DNA of 64,000 nt from Rhodosorus marinus CCMP1338 (Eukaryota; Plantae; Rhodophyta), in contig JAMWBK010000008.1 in assembly GCA_029953675.1 (NCBI GenBank), positions 62,001 to 126,000 on the forward strand, written 5' to 3'. Made by a program: the position numbers and the translations under genes. Positions 1 through 10,701 of this stretch are shown piece after piece. The notes under the pieces were generated by a model, which was not told the DNA's origin, did not search any database, and saw only the letters and a list, made by a program, of their open reading frames with translations. Positions within the stretch are counted from its first letter, which is position 1; every line of letters starts with the position of its first letter.

Positions 1-1
1 C

Positions 2-55
2 ACTCACCCGAGGACTTTCCAACGGTATGCGCTGGATGTGACGGTTACCTCGCCT
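2..55 (+). mobile_element. Fragment of a family D/E RLE retrotransposon, broken within the endonuclease
   Basis: Frame 2 reads THPRTFQRYALDVTVTSP, homologous to HPRTWQRYAIDVTVVSP at 179-586; it runs directly into the G-rich repeat. Confidence 0.8.
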
Positions 56-76
56 GGGGTTACGTTAGTCTGGGGG
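54..76 (+). repeat. Telomere-like 16-mer island (CTGGGGTTACGTTAGT, ~1.4 units)
   Basis: ctggggttacgttagtctggggg lies between two retroelement fragments; the motif recurs at 690, 5469 and 10432. Confidence 0.75.
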
Positions 77-689
77 TAGCTCTGCACTGAGCTGGCGCGT
101 TGGCTTAACAGATGGCAGTTCAGAGATGTTCAACAAGAACCTACAGACTACTTCACGAACTCGAATCTACGACCTGATTTGGTAGCTATACACCCTAGAA
201 CATGGCAAAGATATGCGATTGATGTGACGGTGGTGTCACCCCTACAGGCGAGACACCTACCCAACAGCAAAGACAACAATGGTTATGCAGCAAAACAGGC
301 GGAGCGTTGGAAACTTGCACAATATAAGGAGGCGATGATGACAGAGCATCCAGATGACAAACTGATTCCGATTGCGATAGAAACCTTCGGCAGAACAGGG
401 CAGATGACTCAAGACTTTCTCCGTGATGGCTGTGGGCACATGCTCACTAAGCAGTACGAGTTGAGCAACGTGCGGGCTCAACTAAACAGAACACTTTGGG
501 CGGGGAATGCAGAGCTCGCGTCAGGGGCTTTGCGCGTGGATCAGTCGGACCAGCCACGGATCCCTTATTTTTCTTTTTTATCGTAGCTAGAGACCCCGGG
601 AGACGGGGTTAAACTCCCACATTTCTCTAGATAGTGATAGAATTAGTGTTGCGCTGCGTTAGGCAGTTGCCGAGTAAAGTTTACAGTTG
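77..689 (+). mobile_element. 5'-truncated family D RLE non-LTR retrotransposon (endonuclease plus 3' UTR)
   Basis: Frame open from ~80 to 586: LCTELARWL..RPDLVAIHP..IDVTVVSP..KLAQY..PIAIETFG (RLE motifs); the 3' UTR ends aaagtttacagttgc and runs into the repeat. Confidence 0.9.
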
Positions 690-713
690 CGTTAGTCTGG
701 GGTTACGTTAGTC
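690..713 (+). repeat. Telomere-like repeat island; contains the left TSD (acgttagtc, 705-713) of element A1
   Basis: cgttagtctggggttacgttagtc. Confidence 0.75.
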
Positions 714-766
714 GAATGAATGGTTTAATCGGAGGCTGAAAAAAAAACCCCGAGGGGAAAAAAAGA

Positions 767-3700
767 CTAAGCGCGGCGAAGTACTCGCGCCTCCAACATC
801 AAAGCGGCATTCATGCGCCACAGCAGGAAACTTAAGCGGGTAAACAACGATTGAAGACGGTCAGGGCGTTCGCGGAACAACTCCCGAAGCCAGCGAGAAC
901 CAACAGAGTCCATGAACCCAAAGCACTCAATGATCAGGGGTACCAAGCGATGTGCTAGTGCCGAAGCACGAACACCAGGGGAAGACAAAGCCCCCGCGTA
1001 TTTGATCTCTTTGCGGCGTCTCATGCTGGCGGCGGCAGATCCACGGCGCTCCCCCGCAGCCGGGAGATAACGACTAGCTTGAGGGTTAGGAACAGCAAGA
1101 TCAACGTATGTGGTACGGCGGCTGTCGTCACAGGTGATCACCAGATCGGCTACACGGCGTTCATCATTTTGAAAGTCCGCGACGGGTAAAGGTTTCTCAC
1201 GTTCGATTTCCAGACCGGCTTGCCGGACTATAGGCCGAAGTTCCCGGTATAACAGGTTCAAGATCCGTGTGTGGCGGCGGGTTCGAGCACCTTTCACCGC
1301 CGGGCAACTAGCGAGCAGGTGGGCGCCAAAATCTGCGTTGTCTTCAGTCTGAGAGCAGAGAGGGCACGACGAACCCATCTCGTACGGCCAAGGGGGCTGA
1401 TGTAAGCCGAGGTATAAGCGCAGTGAAGTACGCACTTCGAAATCCGACAGTGTGAGTGGCGGAAAGGCTGGTACGGTCATGAGCCACTGAGAGCTAATAA
1501 CCCCTCCAAGACTACGTAGGCGGGCGCGAGCGCGAGAAGATGAGACCATCTGCGCGAGGAGTCGGCCATATGCAGCACGGTGCAAGTCCCAAGAAAGGAT
1601 ATTTTGCAGCGCATCCGTGCGTGCTTGAGCTCGGCTCCCAGCGCGCTGGGAATCATCAGGAGGATCAACTGGAACTTCTTCTTCTGCGGCAACCACTGGG
1701 TCAATCTCCCCTAGAACAGGTTCAGGCGCAGGACGAATCCCCGGGGCGGAGCCTCGAGAGCGGTCAAATACAGCTCGCCAGTCAGGAAGACGGGGTTGAA
1801 CGGTTTCGGGGAGACTAGTACAGGAATTCAGGGCGGTTTGGAGCTCCAGAAACAAGTCTTGGGCGCTTTCCGGTACGCTGGGAAGCAAGACACCCCGCGA
1901 GAGGCTCGCCATCAAATTGCGGAACTTCGAGATACCCAAGCTGCTCAAAGTGGGAAGTGCGGTTCCCCAGGCCCCTACTGCAGCTGCAGGTTGGACCACA
2001 ACACGATTGCAGAGGCCCAGTCCCCCCAATCGCAATGGGAGGCCTACCTGGGCGCGCACAACATCACAGGTGGGTCGCGGCAGAGCGCTCAGCTCTTCAT
2101 CGAGAAAATACCCCAGGTCACGGAAACTTTCAGCATCCGCACGAGTGGCCAACCACCGGCCCCAATGAGTTGGAAGTGAGCGAAGCCAATAGGTTAACCG
2201 CTGACTGCAACAATACCGAAACAGCAACAACGAGCACTGGAGAAAGCCCGGAGGTAGCCGTCGAAGCTCTGCAACCAGCTGTCTGTGCTTACCGAGGAGC
2301 TGCAGCAACTCGCCTTCAACGAAGGACGGCGACCCGTAGGGGATGCCTAAGTGGACAAAACCATCCGGTCTCCAAATATCCTGGAACGACGCAGGTACCT
2401 GCTGCTCTTGTGCAGCTACACCTCCCCAGTAGAACGATTTGTGATGATTAACCTCCAGGTCAACCCGCGAAGCCAAGGAGCGGAGACGATCATAAGCGAG
2501 TGCTAGAGTATCAGGGGGCCCCAGGAGGCACACGTCGTCGTGGTATGCAACCGTACGAACCTGCGGGAATTCGGAGCGAAGACAAAGCAAGACGAGTTGT
2601 AGTCCACAGGCATGTAGGAAAGGGGACAAGGGATCACCCTGTTGTACCCCTGTGCGCGCCGCAAACGTGTGTGAGGAAGCGCCAAGGGTGTCATAGGTAG
2701 CCCCACGACCAAGCGGAGAATAAATTCTACTAACAAAGGGAAAGCCTACAGGAAGACTTCGCGCACCACGTGCATGAGAGCCGGACGAGAGACGCGGTTG
2801 AACGCATTGGTAAAATCTACAGAGAGGAGCCCAGAATCTGGGGAGTACGCCATTTCCGAACGGAGTAAAACAGACAACAACTCACAGCCACCACGATAGC
2901 CCACGCCTAACTGCACGTGCCCAAAGAAACGGCGGGATTCGGGAACCAGGATTTTCACTAACCATCGCGCCGCCAATTTGCGGACCACCTCAACCAGGCC
3001 AATAGGGCGAATAGCAGGGCTCGAGGCCGTGTGGCCGGGCTTCGAAAGCAGACACAACTGCGAACGCCCGACCAAGAACCACGCACACTCACACAGGGGA
3101 TCACCATTCACAAGCGCTTCGACCACCCACGCCAACGCCTTCAAACCTTCATCACTTAAGAAACGGAGATATTCCACCCCCAGCCCCGAGGGCCCTGGGG
3201 AACGGCCCTTCGGAGCATCATGAACCAACTCACGCACCGCCTCCAGATTGACCACTAACCGCGCACTGGGATGTGGCGCGGCGCGGTACTCTTCCAACAC
3301 TGATTCAAACGAGGAGTCCCAAGGGGAGCCTTCCGAGGGAAAGAGCAAACGGAGCGGTGAAGAAATATCATCGGAGTATGGAACCACAGGTTGCCGCTGC
3401 TGGAGGATCCCGGCTGCCCGCCGCAGATCACCGCCTGCCACCGCGTGACGCGCCCGATTCTGTCGAGAAGACCTAAAAGCTGAGGAAGCACTAGGAGAAA
3501 AGGAAGAGAGAGAAGCGAAATAAAGACGTTCGAGGTCCTCAAAGTCGCCGGAAAGGAACATTTGCAGTTTTCGGCGAGGGTGGACCCGGCGAGGATGTGG
3601 GTTGAGGGGGACGGTAGAGGATGTGAGCACGAGGCGGGGAAAAAGAACAAGAGTTCCCAGCGAAGAGAGCAGTGAGGGTTCGCGGCGACCTGCTGCCAGA

Positions 3701-3908
3701 GAAAATCCAACACCAATCCTAGGGGCTTATGAAGTCGACGAGGGAGCCGTACGGCCGTGCTCTGACGACAAAGGGGAAGGGAACCGTCCGGGTAGGAGGC
3801 GACAAGGTGCGAAAACCACGAGAGAACACGCTCATGCCAGGCTGAGCGGTCACTGGTAAACAGGGGTAACCGGGACGACACGCACGCGGAGGAGGAAGAC
3901 TCAGACAT
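767..3908 (-). pseudogene. A1 ORF2: reverse transcriptase, CCHC zinc knuckle and RLE endonuclease (frameshifts near 3640 and 2740, stop at 2746)
   Basis: Motifs SPGPSGL, IRPIGLVEVVRKL, QLGVG..GGCE, VDFTNAFN, GVQQGDPLSP, YHDD, GLPLRLGGLG, CPLC-x9-H-x4-C, RTRRH, VADL, VDLAV, K..KY, PLIIECFG. Confidence 0.9.
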
Positions 3909-5197
3909 CGGGCCTCCCCTCAGTCGGGAAGGCAGATCGAATATCCGGAGGAGGTGCCTCGGAGGGAGGCTCAGGAGCCGCACGACGCTTACGTGGAGGG
4001 CGCACGAAGGAACTAAAAGACCTGAAGAAAGTAGACACAGGGTTTTCAGCAGCGGAGTCTTGACTGAGGGTGTCCAGAGCCAGCGGATTCGGAGAGGCCG
4101 ATGGTGCTTCTGCCATGTCGGTGTCACGAGCCTCGGAGACAGGGCGAGGGGAGGAAGGGTGCTCAAGAGTCGGCGGCAGAAGGTCAAACGCAGGGTGGGC
4201 TTCCAGCAGGGTGGCCTCAGTGGAGAGGAAGGCCTCTAGCGCGGTGCGGAGGACCCCGCGAGGAGGGAAACGCGCGAAGAGGCTCGCCTGTATGCGCGAG
4301 AGCCGCGCCGCATGAGTGTGTAGCGCGACAACCGAAGCCTGCGAGGCATCCAGGTTTTGCAAGGCCGACGGTGGAACCCAGCCGACGTCAAAACGATCGA
4401 ACTCGACAAACAAAGAGACATGAGGACGAGTCAGTATCATGTTGGCCAGAGCAGAGCGCTGGGGCGCGGGGGTGGTTACAAGCGATTGAAGGAACTGGTA
4501 AGCCGAGTCAGCAACAATAAAACAGGCATGAGGGCCCGTGAAGTCCACATATAGGAATTCAGACGGGGCGACCCCAAGGAGGAAGCCATGGTGTCGCGAA
4601 AATCGCGGTAGTGGACGGGCGCGCGGCCCCGACCACGAGAGGGGGTCTGGGGACGCACGTTCGTCATCCAAACAAAGTGGAACGGAGATAGTTGGCGAGA
4701 AGAGTCAATAGGGATGTGTTGTGGCATCATACGCACCATTGCCGTCGTGCGTTGTTCAGAAGAGCCCCTGCGTAGGACCTGCGAATAGGTCGCACGTGGG
4801 GCACTGGAGGGAGCAGGATTCGGGCCCGACGCGGGCCCAGGAGGCGTCTGTCCTTGAATAGGGGTAGGCCAGTCGGAATCAGGAATGACCGGAGCGGAGC
4901 GCTCGGGTCGGGTGGAGGCAGGCCCCGCTGTACCGTGCGGATCCGCGGGGACGGGCACCGGGGGTATGGGGCAGGCGCGGAGGCGGAGAAGCGCTCCAAA
5001 TAGGCGATCAGCAGGGGCAGGCGGTGTTCCTGGGAAGCAGTCACAAGAAGACTCGTCAGTTTCGAGCAGATCCCATGGGCTAACTCGTCAGCGCAGTCCG
5101 TGAGGGTGGCCGCGGTACTAAACCCGCCCACGCAGAGCTCCACGCGCGCTGAGAGAACGGCTCCGTCCGCCGGAATGGGTGGGGAAACCCCAACCAT
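3901..5197 (-). pseudogene. A1 ORF1 (putative RNA-binding/gag-like protein), two homopolymer frameshifts
   Basis: Joins ORFs 4727-5311, 4476-4958 and 3901-4671; MVGVSP, TYSQVLRRG, FVWMTNVRPQT, RDFRDTMASSLG and PHVSLFVEFDRF all align with family B ORF1. Confidence 0.75.
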
Positions 5198-5468
5198 AAC
5201 GATTGGAAGGTGTGAAAAACCGATTCCCCCACGAAACCCCCAAAAAGAGAACTTGTTCCCAACGTTTGCAACCAAAGAAAAACCACCACGACCTCCAAGG
5301 GGCGCTAGCAACCCCCAGCACGCACCACACCACTAGAAGATGCGGGGGAAAGGCTGCAGAAAGAAGCGCCTCCCACCGAAGAACACAATTGCGACTCAAA
5401 ACCACCAAAAGCCAGCACCATACACCCTCACGAAACCAAAAACTGCTTCGGTAGTAGCGTAGATTGTG

Positions 5469-5488
5469 ACGTTAGTCTGGGGTTAGTC
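5469..5488 (+). repeat. Telomere-like repeat island between A1 and C
   Basis: acgttagtctggggttagtc. Confidence 0.75.
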
Positions 5489-5544
5489 AGGAGTTTAGTG
5501 GGAGAAAATACCAGTATAAATTGAGGTTTAAGAAGGAAGGATAT

Positions 5545-7136
5545 ATGATCGAGAAGGAGATGCTGGGGCCGTACCCAGAACCTCTCCGCCGTCCGGGCAC
5601 CAACGGCCCTGGCCAAGGCGAAGAAGTGATGGTTACCCAGAACCGGAGCACGCCTGACGAACAGAGCCACATACATGAGAGGACACAGAAGTCAGCCCAG
5701 GAGCAACCTCAACAAGCTAACAGGATGGAGGTCCAAGCGGCCACGGGACCTGCCGCAGCCCACTTACACCAACTGCTTACCTACGACCGCTGCTATCAAG
5801 ACTTGGGAATTGGGGAAGCGGTCCTCGAAGACTTCTACCATGCCGTCATCAAATTATACTCCCGGATCCACAGCACCAACGAACTTGAAGGAGTTACCGG
5901 ACGTCTCTCCGAGCTCGCAGAAAAACCCTACATGTGGCAGGAAGGAGCCGCAGCCCAGCACCCCTTCCAACACGCGCAACCACACCCGCCGGCGGCGGAG
6001 GCTATCAATCAACATACGGCAGAAACGAGTCTCAATCAACTTCCCCTCGGGACAGGTGTCACAGTGCCGGTGGATTACGCTGAAAACTTCCCAGTCATCG
6101 GTAATGGCAGTAAACAACCTACCTACGCTGAGCTGACGGCTCAGGATGCACCAGTCCGCGGAGAAGTAGCAGTATCCCGCACGGTAGGACGCCCAGGGCC
6201 GCAGACTCAGCAAGCTACCCTGAGACAGCTGCACGCTACGGTGGGAGGATCTTCCTGGGGACCAGAGACCACACCGGTCCTCGCCACACTCAGGAACGTC
6301 CGAGCGCCGCGGCAGGATGAAGTTGCCCCATCGGACTTCACAACGGTCCTTTCCCGGGCATTGGGGATCCCAAACTCTTATGTGGTGCACGTGGACTTCA
6401 TTGCCTCCCACGCCAGCTTGCTATGCCACCCGGACGCGATACCGATACTCCAAAGCGCAATTACCCGGGGAGTCTTCAGGACAGGGATTTTCGGATCCTT
6501 TACCCAGAGACACCCCGATCGACAAGTGAGCCTCTACACCGGTCAGGCACTGGAGGTCGACAACTTGCTGGGGTACAATGAACGGCAACGCATTGCACAC
6601 GCAGACATCGCGGCCCAGACGCTGAAGAGGGGCATCGAACAGATCATACGCGTCCGCTCGAGGCTTTGCAGGAGGCAACTGTCTTTTAATACACTCGCGG
6701 CGATCCACGAGTATCTCGATGGAAGACTCGCCGCTTTACAAGCAAGGCAACAGCCACCACAGGTACCCGGGGAGAGCGCGGAACCCCCAGCACCTGCAGC
6801 AGCTCCGAACGCAAACGCTGAAGCCTCGTCCCATCTAGGTGACGCACAGGCAGACCGTGGGACAGTCGATGCTATGGGTGACCCCAGGGAGACATCCCAA
6901 GTAACGCAGGCGGATGCACAAAAAAGGACAACCCCCAGGCGGAGCTCCTCTGCAACCTTCCGGAGCCCTCTCCGCCGAAACGCTCGAGAGCATCTGCTGA
7001 CGGCACAGCCCCGGATACCGAGATGACTCCGGCCGCTGTAGAGACTACACAAGCTAACAACCCGCCACCAGCTGCCCCAGATGCTAACCATCACCAGATG
7101 GACACCGGAGACAGCCAGGATGCAAGAACCCAATAA
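5545..7136 (+). CDS. Family C ORF1 (probable true stop TAA 7134-7136 after correcting a 1-nt indel in the A6 run near 6920)
   Basis: Called ORF 5521-7026 has its first ATG at 5545; NFPVIG..TYAEL resembles DFPLL..SYASV of family B; the alternative frame reads KKDNPQAELLCNLPEPSPPKRSR.. to TAA 7136. Confidence 0.7.
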
Positions 7137-10100
7137 TGCCCAGCAGACGTCGAGGAATCAAACGCCGACGGGACGAGCCTCAGTTCTTCTGGGGTTATCC
7201 AACAATGAGCAGCTCCTCCGACGACTATACTCCGAGTCCCTCTCGCTCCTCGCGCCGGGCTCGTGCTCGCCGCCAACGACCTACCACCTCTACTCAGTCG
7301 CTTCTGGAGACCGACTCGACAACCTGGCTCTCATCTCTCCACGCCTTTACCGCCAATCTGACTGAAAACGACACCCGTTGGTGGATGCTCACCCAGGCAC
7401 CGACACCTACCCGCCAGTTCGTCCCCGACAACCTAACAACTCGATGGAACTGCCTCATGTCCACAGCTCTGGACCTCGCTCTCGATACCTCGGCCCCAGA
7501 CTTGTCACGCCTGTTTATCTTCGCTCTCCCAAGTCTTGCACTGGGTCATACGGAAGAACTTGCCCCTTCTGCGCAGATGAACGAAATCATGAACGGAAGA
7601 TTTGATACAGTATGGGAGCACCTTACCAACCACAGCGGATCGCGCGACGCCGACACTGCGACAGCTCCGCCGACCCCTGCGCGTCATCGACACAAACGAG
7701 ATCTTCAACTTGCCAAAGCTCAGCGCCTCTCGCAGTCTAGTCAACTCCTGCTGTCAACTGATCTAGCGCCCAAAACCCTCTCCACCTGGCGAACTCTGAC
7801 CACGCTTTTCCCAGAGTATGAGGCCGCAAGTCTCTCTCCTGAGCTCGAGGACGCCCTACAAGCAAAACTGTCTAGCACAGACCGAGAAGTTTGGGATCCC
7901 ACTTTAGCCTCTGACGAGAGCCTACTGTCAACGCTCGAAAAACTACCGTATGCCACTGCCCCCGGGCCGAGTGGTCTTAAAGCCGAGCACCTGCGCTGTC
8001 TGACGATGAGGACCCAACCCGTGCTTCTCCGCTATCTCCGCAAACTGGCTACCAATCCGGAGAGCTTTCCGGAACTTTTTCTCCAAGCCATGCGCAGCAA
8101 CCGCCTCCTCGCGAAAGACAAGAGGACACCTGCCGCGACCTTACAAGGCGAGCCTCTGCGACTACGCCCGCTCGGGATCCCTGAGGTGCTGAGGAAAGCT
8201 GTGACCCAGTGGACACTTCGCGCAGTCGCTAAGCCCCTTCGCGACTTTCTCCTCCCCGAGCAACTCGGCATCTCGGTTAGCGGAGGATGCGAGCATGCCC
8301 TGCACGTCGCGGAAGCCCACCTTGCCGCCAGACCGGACGACGTAGTCCTGAAAATCGACCTTGGGAATGCCTTTAACCTGATCGACAGACGGATTGCGAA
8401 CCGGATCATCGCCCAGGCGTTTCCCGAACTGCGACCGCTGATGACACTCAGCTACGGACTGAATGGGGAAAGCGCACCGCACCAATTCGGCTGGTATGAG
8501 AAGAATGCCGAGGACTGGCTGCAGCTTCGGGCATGCACTGGTGTCCAGCAAGGCGACCCCCTGGGACCCGCCTTGCACGCGCTGGCCTTGTCCCCGCTTC
8601 TGCGAGCGCTGCACGATCGGCACCCAACGCTCACGATCACGGCGATCCACGACGATATAACGCTACTAGGCCCTCTACTTGAGGTCCACGAAGCGCTCAA
8701 ATGGAGCGAGCAACATCTACCCGAGATAGGAGCAAAACTACAGCGGACGAAATGCCAGCTCTTCGGTCGCCACCTGCAGACAACTCGCCTCGTCAACCGA
8801 AAAATCCCCGAAGTGACCGTGACACGAGACGGAGTACATCTCTTCTCTATTCCAATCGGCACAAGGAACTATGTGCAAGCTCACATCAGGAGGCCACAAA
8901 GAGAGCACGAGAAGCTAGTGCACGAAATCATACGCCTACCCACACCTGAACTGCAGACTAAACTGTGCTTGTTCCGTTATTGCGCAGGACCGCGCCTGGA
9001 TTACTTTCTCCGCACTTTGGCCCTGCCATACGGTGCCACTCTAGCACTAGAGGCTGACCGCATCTCGCTGATAGAGCTCGACAAGCTTTGCGGCTCGCTA
9101 CTGCAAGGCCAAGGACTCTCGGAGGCGGAAAAAGACGCGGTCCAATCGCAGATTCAACTCCCCTGCCGATGGGGTGGAGCAGGCCTCGCAATGCGCTCGA
9201 GGATTCAACCGCTTGCCTTTTTCAGCAGTTGGCGACAAACTCTGGAGCACAACTGGACGAACTCTAGCTACATAGACGATCTACGCGTTTCTTGTACAAC
9301 AACGAACACAGACGAATACCGAAGCCCTAGACCACTACTGCACTCTACTGAACAACTACGTGAGCAGCTCATCGAAGCCAGTCTGCAAGCCAAGCGCAGC
9401 CTCGCACGAGGAACACCAGCACCGGTCGTGTGTATCATAGATTGGAAATCGCTGGACATTCAGACAGCAGAAGGGACCCCACCACCTCGCGCCGAAAAGC
9501 CCCTGATCGGTTCCAAGCAAAAACTCCTCTCGACGTGGAGTCACCGACGGGCGTTCGAAGAACTGGTAGAGAACGAGGAGATTAGTGAGACCGTACGTGC
9601 GCGCAAGCGCTCCTGCACGGGATCCGGAGGCGGTACATGGCTGCGAGACTTTCCCTCGAGGCACCCACGCGGACTGACGACGGACGAAGTGAACCTGAGC
9701 CTGAGACAACTACTTGGATTGCCGATGTCGGGAGTACGAACACTTAGTACATGTACTATATGTTCACAACCCCACGACTCTGCAGGTACTCAACGGCTCT
9801 ACCACTGCACCAGTTCTACAGGGAGCTGGACACTGAGACACAACATGGTTCGAGATGTTCTAGCGACGCAACTGAGACAATGGAGACTCGAGGTGACCGT
9901 GGAACCGAGCGGACACTACCCAGGCAGCCACCTCCGCCCAGACATTCTGGCTCGGCATCCCCCGGACCGGGAAACTGTACGTGATCGACGTAAAAGTGAC
10001 CTCACCTTTGCAAAAGACATACGTACACAAAGCGTCCTGGGAGAAAGGGTACGCTGCGCACAAGGCAGAGAAGTTCAAAGAGTCGAAATACCGTGATGCG

Positions 10101-10353
10101 ATCGGAGCTCACAATGACGACATATTCGTTCCCTGTGGAGACATTCGGGAGGATGGGTACGCAAGCTGATCAATTTTTAAGAGAGGTGACTCTTCACTTG
10201 CACCAGCCATCGACACAAGTGAGCGAAGCACGGGCGACGCTGAATCGAGCCCTCTGGAAAGGGAATGCACTACTAGCCACTCAGGCACGGCGTATTGATG
10301 AAGGGAACTATGAGATCGTCCCTGTAGTAGAACGTAGCCACACAACCCACTAG
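7136..10353 (+). CDS. Family C ORF2: RT, CCHC knuckle and RLE (two small frameshifts near 9975 and 10130)
   Basis: APGPSGL, LRPLGIPEVLRK, QLGIS..GGCE, IDLGNAFN, GVQQGDPLGP, IHDD, LPCRWGGAG, CTIC..H..C, RHNMV, RPDI, IDVKVTSP, K..KY, PVETFG. Confidence 0.9.
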
Positions 10354-10431
10354 GGGTTTCTTAACGCATAGATAGATTGCTTCTTCCTTCCTTACGGGCT
10401 CCACTAGGGAGTCCTCTAGTAAAGCGTTCAC

Positions 10432-10458
10432 GGTTACGTTAGTCTGGGGTTTCTGGGG
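10432..10458 (+). repeat. Telomere-like repeat island with variant unit (TTTCTGGGG)
   Basis: ggttacgttagtctggggtttctgggg. Confidence 0.75.
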
Positions 10459-10461
10459 TGG

Positions 10462-10701
10462 CCGGGTCGGGAGTCTGGCTACGTGAAATACCAACGCTGA
10501 CACCGAAAAAATTTAGTGCGGTTGAGATGCAGGTAAACGTTCGACAACTGCTGGGTCTGCCAATTCCGGGATTTCGGACCACCGAGAAGTGCACTAGTTG
10601 CCGGAGTAAACACTGAAGGACTTGGGTACAACGGTTTCATCACTGCCCAACATCAACTGGACTGTGGCAACATAGACATGACGAAATCTGCAGAGAGCTG
10701 G
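10462..10701 (+). mobile_element. Internal fragment of family E (zinc-knuckle region)
   Basis: Near-identical to the reverse complement of 25740-25980 (GSGVWLREIPTLTPKKLSAVEM..CTSC..HHC). Confidence 0.85.

Larger units (their letters stand above)
714..5468 (-). mobile_element. Full-length family A RLE non-LTR retrotransposon (A1), two ORFs, disrupted
   Basis: Flanked by a 9-bp TSD acgttagtc (705-713, 5469-5477); 3' UTR ends CCTCCGATTAAACCATTCATTC; contains ORF1 and RT/RLE ORF2. Confidence 0.9.
5489..10437 (+). mobile_element. Full-length family C RLE non-LTR retrotransposon inserted in the repeat
   Basis: The G-rich repeat lies on both sides; candidate TSD gttagtc (5482-5488, 10438-10444); contains ORF1 and RT/RLE ORF2; 3' end is gttcacggttac. 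Confidence 0.88.

Noticed and set aside
7023-7136. 37-codon bridging ORF between ATGA and TAATG overlaps
   Set aside because: That frame is open well upstream and looks like the real ORF1 C-terminus. A 1-nt indel in the A6 run is the simpler explanation.
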